NCBI GenBank assembly: GCA_041662125.1 | Contig: JBAZTA010000003.1 | Coordinates: 331,330 to 395,329 of the forward strand | Direction of reading: 5' to 3' | Length of the DNA: 64,000 bases | Source: Candidatus Omnitrophota bacterium | Lineage (GTDB): Bacteria > Omnitrophota > Gorgyraeia > Gygaellales > Profunditerraquicolaceae | Shown here: piece by piece, positions 50,209-59,664 of the stretch | Layout: every line of letters begins with the position of its first letter | Numbering within the stretch: position 1 is the stretch's first letter | Made by a program: the position numbers and the translations under genes | The notes under the pieces: generated by a model | What the model saw: only the letters and a program-made list of their open reading frames with translations | Told to the model about the DNA's origin: nothing | The model's database searches: none

Positions 50209-51630
50209 TCAAAAGTCCACCTGTGCCCTCATGCCGCCGACAAATATTCCGTCCGTGTCTTCCGCTACATCCTTACCGAACGGATTCCATATATATTGGA
50301 AATCAGGGCTAAGAGACAAGTGATCGTTAACGTGAATACTGTAATACGCCTCTACATGCCCTTCCGGTTTTGCTCTGCGCGCAGGATCAAGTGCTTCACC
50401 TGCTTTCTTATAATCCTTTGACGCGATAGCCTGACCTATGGCAAAAGCCAGCACGTCATTCTCTCTTCCCCATGGCTTACCCTTCACCTGAAAACCGGCG
50501 CTCCATGAATGCGCGAGTGAATAATTCAAATCGCCTGTTGTCATAATGTCTGGATTATATACTCGTGGATTCTGCCAGCCGTAGCGGGTAAAGAGCGTTA
50601 CGATATCGGTAACTTTCTGGTCAAAGTTTAAGCCAAAACCATAGTTAGCCTCTTTGGTCTTATCAGTATCAAGCCACTTGGTGTGGTAAACGTTGTTATT
50701 CCAACCAAGAAAACGGTAGTTGCCGGGAAGATCAAAAAACTTAGTCTCAAACGAAACCTGTCCTACATTAAAAAGATTGTCGCCTATCTTCTCCCAATCG
50801 CTATTTCCGTCAAATAGGCCGTATCCCAATTCCAACCACTCAAGCGGCATATACGCCAAGCGAATACCTGCGGTGTTATCAGGAAATTCAATAGTAGGCG
50901 AATTACGGAAAATTCTGCCTAAAAATTGGGTAGTCTCGTCATTGGCAACATCGTTATTATCAAAATAAGCGGTCGGATCAAGCTTACCGAACGTCAGCGC
51001 AACTTTATCTTTGTATAGGGCCTGCTCATACCAAAGCTCGGTAATACGAACATTATTATCGTTATCGGCATCACGATTTACGTTAGAGTAAAGCGTCAAA
51101 TCATCCTCTAAGCCAGCGCCCTGTCCGGCCTCAAGGTGCAAAAATGCCTTTCCTCCCACCTCTTTGAATTCTTTACCTAAAGTAATATCCGCCGAATATG
51201 ACGCATCAGTGCGGCTCTCTTTCTTCGTTACATCAGTAGCTGCGTTATTAGCATTGCCTGTTCCTTGCACTACCATTGTTGCCCCTGCCCCGATCTCTAA
51301 ACCTTCGGCAATACTAATCGGCGCACCTGTCTGGCGGTGCAAATCAGTATCAAATTGAGAAATTTTTGACTCATATTCGGCAATTTTCTTGTTCTGATCC
51401 AAAATACACTGTTTCTGTTCATTCATACATTTGTCGTATTCGCCAAGCTTATTCTCCAGGACCCGTACTCGATCCTCCAGCTTGCGGTATTGTTCAAGGC
51501 TTACATATTCATCGGCAAAAACATCTGATGCAGCAAAACAACTCACAATAAACAAAAGAATTAAAAACCTGCGTAACATTTTCCCTCCTATTCGTGCTAC
51601 TATTATTATATTCGTGTTACTAATAGGCAA
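50209..51630 (-). CDS. Outer-membrane porin, OprB-like (carbohydrate-selective porin family), with an N-terminal coiled-coil. The likely start is the internal Met (MLRRFLILLF...).
   Basis: Signal peptide, periplasmic coiled-coil, beta-barrel with a C-terminal ...VDF terminal Phe; ELWYEQALY block reminiscent of OprB. Confidence 0.6.
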   Translation of the reverse strand: MPISNTNIIIVARIGGKMLRRFLILLFIVSCFAASDVFADEYVSLEQYRKLEDRVRVLENKLGEYDKCMNEQKQCILDQNKKIAEYESKISQFDTDLHRQTGAPISIAEGLEIGAGATMVVQGTGNANNAATDVTKKESRTDASYSADITLGKEFKEVGGKAFLHLEAGQGAGLEDDLTLYSNVNRDADNDNNVRITELWYEQALYKDKVALTFGKLDPTAYFDNNDVANDETTQFLGRIFRNSPTIEFPDNTAGIRLAYMPLEWLELGYGLFDGNSDWEKIGDNLFNVGQVSFETKFFDLPGNYRFLGWNNNVYHTKWLDTDKTKEANYGFGLNFDQKVTDIVTLFTRYGWQNPRVYNPDIMTTGDLNYSLAHSWSAGFQVKGKPWGRENDVLAFAIGQAIASKDYKKAGEALDPARRAKPEGHVEAYYSIHVNDHLSLSPDFQYIWNPFGKDVAEDTDGIFVGGMRAQVDF

Positions 51631-51644
51631 AAAAATAATACTTC

Positions 51645-52058
51645 CTAAATATCTTTCCCTGTAGTCGACATGCTCAATGTGCCGTGTTTCACCCCCTTTA
51701 CTGACTTCAGGCTGTCGGCTAACTCCATGGCTTTCTGAGGAGCGCCTTGGACTGCAATAATTTCAAGGCAGTTATTGTGGTCGAGATGAATGTGCTGAGA
51801 AGAAATAATTATATTGACAAAATCATGCTGAATATCCATAAGCTTGTTCACAAGTTCTCTCTTATGGTGGTCATAAATAAGAGTTATTGCACCAGCGATT
51901 TTCTTGTTTTCTTGCCATTCAGCCTTAACCAAATCGTCCCGGATTAAATCGCGGATTGCTTCTGAGCGGTTAGAATACTTTTTTACTTTCCTGCGCTGGT
52001 CAAATTTAGAAAGCAAGTCATTTTCTAATGAAATTCCGAATCTAACCACCTGCGGCAT
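51645..52058 (-). CDS. nikR: Nickel-responsive regulator NikR
   Basis: N-terminal ribbon-helix-helix (VRFGISLENDLLSKFD), C-terminal ACT-like domain with His/Cys metal ligands; 137 aa. Confidence 0.8.
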   Translation of the reverse strand: MPQVVRFGISLENDLLSKFDQRRKVKKYSNRSEAIRDLIRDDLVKAEWQENKKIAGAITLIYDHHKRELVNKLMDIQHDFVNIIISSQHIHLDHNNCLEIIAVQGAPQKAMELADSLKSVKGVKHGTLSMSTTGKDI

Positions 52059-52218
52059 AAGAATACACCCCCCTTAGTGATACGATTATAAAAATAGTAA
52101 CACAATTATTATATTTGTCAATCATTATTCCACCAATTTGCCCTGTTCAAATCTTAGAATTTTAGATTTTTTTCTTACCCACGAAAATTCTATATCCCCT
52201 TCACTCTAAATCATTCAT

Positions 52219-52308
52219 CTTCTTCAGGAGTTTCAAAATCATCCCTCGCCACAGTAACCATCGGTCAACCAAAACTACGAAGAAAATTTTTTTCTTATCT
52301 TATTTCAT
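52219..52308. repeat. Copy B of the roughly 90-bp imperfect direct repeat
   Basis: Same conserved blocks as copy A. Ends on the stop codon of the methyltransferase gene and lies upstream of the nikR promoter region. Confidence 0.5.
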
Positions 52309-53066
52309 TTTTCAGCTACAACAAGCATTTCAAAATTTTCAGTGGTAAGTTTATCGTTCCGGGAAAATTCTCCGAGCTTTGCGCCAAAAATGTCGATTTT
52401 CTTAAATCCAAGACTTTTGAGAAGCCAGGTGATCTCGCTGGGAACATAATAACGCTCATTACACGTTAATTCTTTTTTATTCCCTGCATCATCCTCGAAG
52501 GCGACGGTGTTGTGGTCACGGAATGTCATTAGATCGAAGGAGCAATTTTTACACGTTGAATTGCCTTCTTTGGCCGCGGACTCATAAAATTCTTTGACGG
52601 AATGAAAAAGCGGAAATAACCCGTTCAATGTCGTGAATATAAACTTGCCGTTATCTTTCAACGCCTTTGTCGCGTTCTTTAATATTTCAAAATTCATCTC
52701 ATCCGTTTCCATTAAAGAAAAACCGCCCTCACAGAGCATGATCGCCAGATCGAACTCGCCTTCAAAGGGGAGGTTTCTGGCGTCATGTTTCTGAAAGTCG
52801 ATCTTTAAGCCTAATTTTGCCGCTTTTTCTTTTGCCCTCTTTAATTGCGATTCCGATAGATCGATCCCTGTAATGGTATAACCTCTTTTTGACAATTCGA
52901 TGGAATGCCTGCCGGTACCACAGCCTATATCAATGATTTTCAAAGACTTGTCACGCTCTATCTCCTGCTCAATAAAATCGCACTCACCCAAGGTCCCGTG
53001 CACATAAACTTCTTTATCGTATTTATCTGCGTAATTCTCAAATAGTGCTTCATACCATTGTTTCAT
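52305..53066 (-). CDS. Class I SAM-dependent methyltransferase
   Basis: IIDIGCGTGRHS motif I; 253 aa. Confidence 0.8.
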   Translation of the reverse strand: MKQWYEALFENYADKYDKEVYVHGTLGECDFIEQEIERDKSLKIIDIGCGTGRHSIELSKRGYTITGIDLSESQLKRAKEKAAKLGLKIDFQKHDARNLPFEGEFDLAIMLCEGGFSLMETDEMNFEILKNATKALKDNGKFIFTTLNGLFPLFHSVKEFYESAAKEGNSTCKNCSFDLMTFRDHNTVAFEDDAGNKKELTCNERYYVPSEITWLLKSLGFKKIDIFGAKLGEFSRNDKLTTENFEMLVVAEK

Positions 53067-53222
53067 CTTATTTTCTCCTCATTTCCTCTCCGCAATTCCC
53101 CAAGTCATTTATTCACTTACGTTCGGTTCACAATACAACATTTTCTATAACTCATTATCAGGGTTGTCGTTATCGTAACCATACAAGCCTCTAAAAAATT
53201 GTAAAATTGTAGTGTAAGTGAA

Positions 53223-54047
53223 TTATTTAGAAAGCTGCATTATTCTATATGAACCCCTGGCAACCACTAAGAATATTATCAAGCCAATAATTAAGTCAGG
53301 ATAGCGAGAGTGAGTGAAATAAACCAGGATGCCTGCGATTATTACCCCAATATTGGCAAGGACATCATTCGAAGTAAAAATCCAGCTTGCTTTCATATGG
53401 GCTTCCTGACTTTTTGAACGCCGTAAAATTAACAACGAAGCGGAATTCCCAATCAGCGCGAATATAGAAATCAAAATCATCGCTTGAAAACCAGGCGTTT
53501 CACCAAATCCCAAAAACCGCCTGATTACTTCTAAAAACCCGAAAATCGATAATGTCAATTGAAAATAACCGCTGATCTTTGCGACCTTTTTTTTATAAGT
53601 TAGCGCCCTTCCTATTGCATATAAACTAAGACCATATACAATAGCATCTGCCAGCATATCCAAGCCATCGGATAGTAACCCCATCGATTGAGCGATAAAA
53701 CCTGCTATTACTTCAAGTACGAAGAAAGCAAAGTTGATGGCCAACGCCGCCATCAGCAGTTTTCGGTCACTGCCTTCATAATGGGTTATTACAGAGCTCG
53801 ACACCTCTTCTGTCTTTAGCAAAGATGAACCCAGCTGAAGCCTTACCAATGTTTGGGTTACGGATTCAACATCTCCTTCATGATAAACAGAAACCAGCCT
53901 GTCCGACAAGTCGAATTCAATCTGTTTAACGCTACCCAACGGCTGCAGCTGCATTCGGATCATCTGCTCTTCGCCCGGACAATCCATTTTCATAACCTTA
54001 AAAGTGCTTTTGATCATTTGCGTAGTTCTTCGGAATTCCGGGGACAT
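53223..54047 (-). CDS. Cation diffusion facilitator (CDF)-like transporter with an N-terminal soluble, possibly metal-binding, domain. It has no typical C-terminal cytoplasmic domain.
   Basis: TM region with SMGLLSDGLDMLADA, similar to the CDF SxALLSDAxHMLxD signature. N-terminal roughly 95 aa are HMA-like (MDCPGEE). Start codon assignment is uncertain. Confidence 0.55.
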   Translation of the reverse strand: MSPEFRRTTQMIKSTFKVMKMDCPGEEQMIRMQLQPLGSVKQIEFDLSDRLVSVYHEGDVESVTQTLVRLQLGSSLLKTEEVSSSVITHYEGSDRKLLMAALAINFAFFVLEVIAGFIAQSMGLLSDGLDMLADAIVYGLSLYAIGRALTYKKKVAKISGYFQLTLSIFGFLEVIRRFLGFGETPGFQAMILISIFALIGNSASLLILRRSKSQEAHMKASWIFTSNDVLANIGVIIAGILVYFTHSRYPDLIIGLIIFLVVARGSYRIMQLSK

Positions 54048-54088
54048 GTACGGAATTAATTAGGTACGTGTCCCCTGAACTCCATAAG

Positions 54089-55213
54089 TTAACAGTTAGA
54101 TTCATTCAAAAGTCTCTTCAATATGCCCGTTATTACTTTTCCGATGTAACCGTGCGTTCTTTGATTGTAGTGCATATCATAAACAAATCGAAGCGGATAT
54201 TTCTTGGATTCATTCTTTAAATCCTCCGATAAATCATAATATTTAATTGTATCGTATGGTTCAAAAAAAACCTTACCAATCTGCGTATCGTTGATGTTCA
54301 CGACGATTAATGTGATCCCACGTTCTTTGCACAATTCATGGAATTTATTAATTATCAAGGCCCCTTTCGTGACAACCTTGGATTCATAATTATTCGTTGC
54401 CTGGTGTTGCGCCTGCACGTAGATATGTTTTGTCAAAATATCGCCCCAAATCTGTTTATCCTGCTGTCTCAATCTATTCTTCAGTAAAAACAACGAAATT
54501 TTATAATGCAAAAAATTAAATAGACAACTTTTGTCCAAGAGGAATAATTGTTTTTTAACCTTAAAGAAAGGGTTTTCCCTGCCAATGTATACGGTCGCAG
54601 GTGAGTTGGCCGGGTTATGCCCCGCAACAACCCCCAGAGCTGCCTTACCATCGCGCATGGAATCAACATCATCGCGATGGATAATCGCCGAGTTAATAAA
54701 AAGGATCACGACGTCAGGATTATAATTCAATCCCTCGGCGGTAAACTTAGTCAGCATCTGGGCTAATCCATACCCTGGGACTCCAAAATTAATGACCTCC
54801 ACATTTAAAAGAATTCGTTCCGGAATATCGGTGAACCTTTTCCCATAGTCAACACCTTCGCCGAATGTAAAACTATCACCTAAAGCCAAAACGCGTTTTT
54901 TTCCTTTTGGTTTTTCAAAAGAATATTCTTGATCGCGCAATCCACGCGAATTAATTGAATAGATCACCGAAAAATCCGAAGTCGTGGCGAGCACCTGCGC
55001 ACCAGGCGTTAGCGACCAAAAATTGTTATTAAAATTCATAAGTCCTTTCGGGAGCCGGTCGGAATTCTTCAGTTCCTTTGCAAACAACGTATAATCGACA
55101 TCGGTGACCATCCCGACCAGCCGCATCAGCGCCTCACCGATGAGCAGTGCCGATATGATTGATACGATCAATACACTGCCGTTGATCAGACCTTTTCTGG
55201 GACTTTGAGCCAT
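54089..55213 (-). CDS. Membrane-anchored SGNH/GDSL-family hydrolase
   Basis: N-terminal TM; LALGDSFTFG block I of the SGNH fold. Confidence 0.55.
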   Translation of the reverse strand: MAQSPRKGLINGSVLIVSIISALLIGEALMRLVGMVTDVDYTLFAKELKNSDRLPKGLMNFNNNFWSLTPGAQVLATTSDFSVIYSINSRGLRDQEYSFEKPKGKKRVLALGDSFTFGEGVDYGKRFTDIPERILLNVEVINFGVPGYGLAQMLTKFTAEGLNYNPDVVILFINSAIIHRDDVDSMRDGKAALGVVAGHNPANSPATVYIGRENPFFKVKKQLFLLDKSCLFNFLHYKISLFLLKNRLRQQDKQIWGDILTKHIYVQAQHQATNNYESKVVTKGALIINKFHELCKERGITLIVVNINDTQIGKVFFEPYDTIKYYDLSEDLKNESKKYPLRFVYDMHYNQRTHGYIGKVITGILKRLLNESNC

Positions 55214-55307
55214 TTCAACACTCTTGCATGAATTGTTTTTTTTGTGGTCAAAGAGGGCGCTTAGGAATTCCCCCGAACTCCCCCCTTTAAACGTTATATT
55301 CGTAATG

Positions 55308-56573
55308 TTACTCTGCTTTAATAAGCTGCCAACCTCTTGCTAATACATACCTCAACCAATATCCTGTCAATAAAGTTGAAACTATTGCCACTAAAACAAG
55401 CGATACAAAAAAGGTTTCATTAATAATCCCTGAGTCAAGAGCTATTGTCGCAAGAACAATACCAACCGCACCCCTCGTATTCATTGCAACTGCAAGGTTG
55501 ATTCCTGATAACCAGTCCCTTATGACCGCTCGCGCCGAAATAAGGGTACCTGCCATTACAAATAGTGTGGCAAATAACAAAAAACCCAAAAACAGCTTAA
55601 TATCGAAATAATGGATTAAATCTATTCTCGAACCTACTATTGCAAAATACAGCGGAATAAAAAATGACAGCGCAATTTCTTTTATATGCGCTCGTTCGGC
55701 AGCAAATCGTCCATCGGGCATCATACCAACTACTATACCCGCAAGAAACGCTCCAAAAACAATATTGACGTTTAAAATACTCGCTACAGCCACAAAAATA
55801 AAACAAATAACAAAAGCATAACCGGAAACCGAAGATTTAATGAAAAAATTATATTTACTACTATTGCTCAATTTTATTATCTTTGGCATCACCGTAAGCG
55901 ATAATACGAAAAAGGCAATGGTAATGATCACTGTACTGGCGATATTTAATGGTTCCGCAGCCTGTGTACTTACTAAACCAGTAGCTATTGCAAGAACACA
56001 CCACAGAATAACATCATGCAACGTCGCAGCCGTAAGTATAATTTTAGCGAATCGAGTACGCATAATGTTTAAATCAAGAAATATTTTTGAAATAACGGGA
56101 ATCGCAGTTATAGCTACTGCGCTGCCCATGATAAGTTGAAGCGCAAGTACATTTCCTTTTATTCCGATAAACGGCGAAATACCAAAGCACAATGGCGCGA
56201 TAAAACCTGCCGCAAAAGGAATAATGGTTGAACCTAAAGAAATTGCAATAATAATTTTTTTATCTTCGCGATCAAAAGATTTCTGAATTTCAAATCCAGA
56301 AATAAACATGAGCATTATCAATCCCAGCCAATAAAATACGGAAATCAGTTTCCCCTCTTCTTGAAATGCATAAAATAACCAACGGTGAATATCTGGGAAC
56401 CAAGAACCTAAAACAGTTTTCCCAAACAAGAAGCCGCCAAAGATCTCACCGACAACTTTGGGGAGTTTACATTTATAAAAAATGTACCCCCAGAAATGAG
56501 CCGAAGCCAACAAGAGGCCTATCAGAAGGAAGAGCCTTGTTAGTTCTGAATTACTTAGTGAAGTTGTTTCCAT
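55308..56573 (-). CDS. Cation:proton antiporter (CPA family)
   Basis: Roughly 12 TM helices; KLPKVVGEIFGGFLFG N-terminal motif typical of Kef/NapA-type antiporters. Confidence 0.75.
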   Translation of the reverse strand: METTSLSNSELTRLFLLIGLLLASAHFWGYIFYKCKLPKVVGEIFGGFLFGKTVLGSWFPDIHRWLFYAFQEEGKLISVFYWLGLIMLMFISGFEIQKSFDREDKKIIIAISLGSTIIPFAAGFIAPLCFGISPFIGIKGNVLALQLIMGSAVAITAIPVISKIFLDLNIMRTRFAKIILTAATLHDVILWCVLAIATGLVSTQAAEPLNIASTVIITIAFFVLSLTVMPKIIKLSNSSKYNFFIKSSVSGYAFVICFIFVAVASILNVNIVFGAFLAGIVVGMMPDGRFAAERAHIKEIALSFFIPLYFAIVGSRIDLIHYFDIKLFLGFLLFATLFVMAGTLISARAVIRDWLSGINLAVAMNTRGAVGIVLATIALDSGIINETFFVSLVLVAIVSTLLTGYWLRYVLARGWQLIKAE

Positions 56574-56608
56574 ATTTCATAAAGGAGTTCCCAAATAATG
56601 TCTATAAA

Positions 56609-58540
56609 TTAGGTGTGGCCTTTTTTTTTGGGCTGCGTTAAATAAGACACGGCAATTAAAGCAATAAAACTCAAAGGAATCGAAATAATCGCCGGATTGT
56701 TTAATTGTACCGGCGCTTTTACACCGACCAAATGATAAATATTATTATATGTCTCCTGCGAAAAAAGGATCATACCCAGAGCAGAAATTAATCCGACTGA
56801 AACAGAGGCGATGATCCCTTTTGCCGTAGTCTTATCCCAAAACAACAGCATCAAAATAGACGGCAGATTGGCTGAGGCCGCAATGGCAAAAGCCCAACCG
56901 ACTAAATAGGAAACATTCATTCCTTTAAAAAGCACGCCTAAAATCATAGCGATGCATCCTACGAAAACAGCCGCTATTTTTCCTGCGGAAACTTTCTTAC
57001 TGTCTGTTAAATTCTTTCCCATAAACCTATCCATAATATCATGGGCTACCGCTCCCGAAGCCGCTATAATAAGGCCGCTGACAGTTCCCAAGACGGTCGC
57101 AAAAGCTAAAGCGGATATGATAGCGAAAATCACCACACCGAATGATCTTGCCAACAAAGGAGCCGACATATTGTCATTGGTTAAGTCGATAACTCCGTTA
57201 ACCATCGCCCCTAACCCCATATACAACGTTAAGACATAAAAGAGGCCGATACTGGCTATTGCCACGATCGTCGATTTTCTGGCACAGGCAGGGCTGGGGA
57301 CAGTGTAATAGCGAATAAGTATGTGCGGTAAGGCCGCCGTCCCGAAGAAAAGAGCTAACATCAAAGACACAAAATCAAGTTTATCTTTAGTTGTCGCGCC
57401 TTTGGCAGAATCAACTTTAAACTTTAACCCCGGCTTCAAGATGTCCTTGCCGGCAGTTGGATTCTGATAATAAATTGAGATCTTGTCAGTGTTTTCTACC
57501 ACGGTCTCTTTGCTCCACCTGACAATGGTACCTCCTTTTATTTCTTTGATAAATGAGAAGAAGTCCAAAGTACTGGTTTTTTCATTCGGGCCTTTTCCTG
57601 CTATCTCACTCATATGCCCGACTTGAAAGAATTTACCATCCTCCCGGGGAGCGCCGTTAAAAAGCTCCTTGCCATTGGCTAAGAGAGTCACATACAGTGT
57701 TTCCTCAAGTACTCCTTGCTTTTCGTTTAGTTTCCAGATAGAACTAACCCCATTTTTATCCAGCCGCAGGAAACGCAAAACGTTTTTACCCTTCTCCACT
57801 TTCCATTCGCGGACGACCGAATACGTTTTGTCTTCAAGGATTATTTTATCACTGCTATCCCCGGCAACTTTTAACGTGATAAAAGCATGATACGGGACAT
57901 CCCCTCCCTGGTCAGGTTTTGTAGAGATCCCGCGGGAAAAAACCAGGAAAACCAAAACAAGCGAAAATATTATTAACATTGACCCTTTTAAGAACTGGAC
58001 ATACGTTGTCGAAGTCATACCGGCGGTAACGACGATAGCAATAACGATCGAACCTACCATCACCACACCCACCCAATGCGGCAAGCCCAAAAGAGGAGTC
58101 ACCAACGACCCCGCCCCGACCATCTGCGGAATAAGATAAAATAAGGAAACCAGCAACGTGCTGATCGCCGCGGTTATCTGAATCCCCTTAGAGTTAAATT
58201 TTGCGTCTAAAGCATCGGTAAAAGTGTATTTTCCTAAGCGTTTCATAGGTTCGGCAACGACAAAAAGAGCTACCATCCATCCGGCTAAGTACCCGATAGA
58301 ATAAAGAAATCCGTCATAACCGGAAACTGCGATCATCCCGCAAATACCCAAAAATGATGCCGCGGAAAGATAATCTCCGGCAAAAGCAATGCCGTTTACC
58401 GCCCAATGGATTGTTCCGCCGGCAGCGTAAAAAGAAGCGGATGACTTAGTCAGGCGGGCAAAATGGTAAGAGATCATTAAAACAGTAGCCACAAAGAAAA
58501 GAAAAATAATAATAGCCCAAGGCGATGCGACGTAATTCAT
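56609..58540 (-). CDS. actP: Sodium:solute symporter (SSS) of ActP type carrying a roughly 170-aa hydrophilic insertion
   Basis: SSS-family TM core similar to ActP, DUF485 partner gene upstream; 643 aa versus about 550 typical. Confidence 0.75.
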   Translation of the reverse strand: MNYVASPWAIIIFLFFVATVLMISYHFARLTKSSASFYAAGGTIHWAVNGIAFAGDYLSAASFLGICGMIAVSGYDGFLYSIGYLAGWMVALFVVAEPMKRLGKYTFTDALDAKFNSKGIQITAAISTLLVSLFYLIPQMVGAGSLVTPLLGLPHWVGVVMVGSIVIAIVVTAGMTSTTYVQFLKGSMLIIFSLVLVFLVFSRGISTKPDQGGDVPYHAFITLKVAGDSSDKIILEDKTYSVVREWKVEKGKNVLRFLRLDKNGVSSIWKLNEKQGVLEETLYVTLLANGKELFNGAPREDGKFFQVGHMSEIAGKGPNEKTSTLDFFSFIKEIKGGTIVRWSKETVVENTDKISIYYQNPTAGKDILKPGLKFKVDSAKGATTKDKLDFVSLMLALFFGTAALPHILIRYYTVPSPACARKSTIVAIASIGLFYVLTLYMGLGAMVNGVIDLTNDNMSAPLLARSFGVVIFAIISALAFATVLGTVSGLIIAASGAVAHDIMDRFMGKNLTDSKKVSAGKIAAVFVGCIAMILGVLFKGMNVSYLVGWAFAIAASANLPSILMLLFWDKTTAKGIIASVSVGLISALGMILFSQETYNNIYHLVGVKAPVQLNNPAIISIPLSFIALIAVSYLTQPKKKGHT

Positions 58541-58830
58541 TATGCTGTATCCTTTCTTTGTAACAATTCCTCAGCCAAGGTGCTGATATGGTTATAGGCA
58601 AGCGCCAACAACATAGCAAAAAGGATCAACCCAAAGCCGTATACGATAGCTACATTAAGGTCTCCAACATCGATCCCCATGAACGAAGGGCTTAAAACAT
58701 TAATAAGAATAAACCCTGCGTAAACTATCGAATAAATAAAGAAAAACCACTTCCCGAGCAAAATTTTCAAAGACCCAGCGGGATCCTTATCCCATTTCAC
58801 CTCAGATTGATGCATACGTGCTCCTTTCAA
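58540..58830 (-). CDS. DUF485 (YjcH-like) membrane protein
   Basis: Two-TM small protein directly upstream of actP, as in the yjcH-actP arrangement. Confidence 0.65.
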   Translation of the reverse strand: MKGARMHQSEVKWDKDPAGSLKILLGKWFFFIYSIVYAGFILINVLSPSFMGIDVGDLNVAIVYGFGLILFAMLLALAYNHISTLAEELLQRKDTA

Positions 58831-59664
58831 TTAAGATTCTTTCCGGCATACCGGACACTGCTGCATACCAAGCGGTTTCTCAAGGCCGCTGTCGCGCAGT
58901 AATTTTTCGTCCTGAAGGATATCTTGCGTTTTACCATCAGCCGTGATACATCCGCAGGCAAGGACGATCGTACGCTCACAAAGGTCCATTGCCATATCCA
59001 GATCGTGGGTTGCAATAATCTTGGTATGACGAAAGGTTTTAAGTAATTCGATCAAGCGCCTTCGAGAGCGAGGATCCAGGCTTGATGTAGGCTCATCCAT
59101 TACCAGGATATCCGGAGACATAGCCAACACCGCAGCTATAGAAACAGAACGTTTTTCTCCCTGAGAAAGCTTATACGGCGGCCGGTTGGCCAAATGGGCA
59201 ACACCGGTAGTTGTCAACGCCAGGCTAACAACCCGTTCTACCTCTGCTTTTGAGAAACCAAGGTTCAACGGCCCAAAAGCTACATCATCAAAAACCGTCG
59301 GCATGAATAACTGGTCATCCGGATTCTGGAACACCATCCCAACACTGCGCCGCACCGTGTTGAGCTCCTGAGGGCTTAAGAAAATATCGCCGATACGAAG
59401 CCTGCCTATCGCAGGAAATAAACATCCGTTCAAATGCAGTAAAAGCGTTGATTTACCAGCGCCATTGGCTCCGACCAAAGCCACTGATTCGCCATGAGAG
59501 ATACGAAACGACACACCAGCCAACCCACGCGTGCCATCCGGATATGAAAAATGCAGGCCTTCTGCTTCTACGATATGATGGCTCATTTTAAAACTCCCGC
59601 GATAAGTTTTCCCAATGTTAACGGCATATTGAAATACCGAAAGAACACGAATAGAAATGCCCAA
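58831..59664 (-). CDS. cbiO: ECF/cobalt-type ABC transporter ATPase (CbiO/NikO). The likely true start is the internal Met MSHHIVEA at about 59586.
   Basis: Walker A GANGAGKST, LSQGEKRSVS signature, Walker B ILVMDEPT. Confidence 0.85.
   Translation of the reverse strand: MGISIRVLSVFQYAVNIGKTYRGSFKMSHHIVEAEGLHFSYPDGTRGLAGVSFRISHGESVALVGANGAGKSTLLLHLNGCLFPAIGRLRIGDIFLSPQELNTVRRSVGMVFQNPDDQLFMPTVFDDVAFGPLNLGFSKAEVERVVSLALTTTGVAHLANRPPYKLSQGEKRSVSIAAVLAMSPDILVMDEPTSSLDPRSRRRLIELLKTFRHTKIIATHDLDMAMDLCERTIVLACGCITADGKTQDILQDEKLLRDSGLEKPLGMQQCPVCRKES

Noticed and set aside
52073-52111. nikR promoter and operator assignment (TTGACA at 52106-52111 on the minus strand; TATAAT at 52075-52080)
   Set aside because: The hexamers exist but the spacing is non-canonical (either a weak ACTATT -10 at 17 nt, or TATAAT at 26 nt). 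No palindrome resembling known NikR operators was found, so no feature was called.
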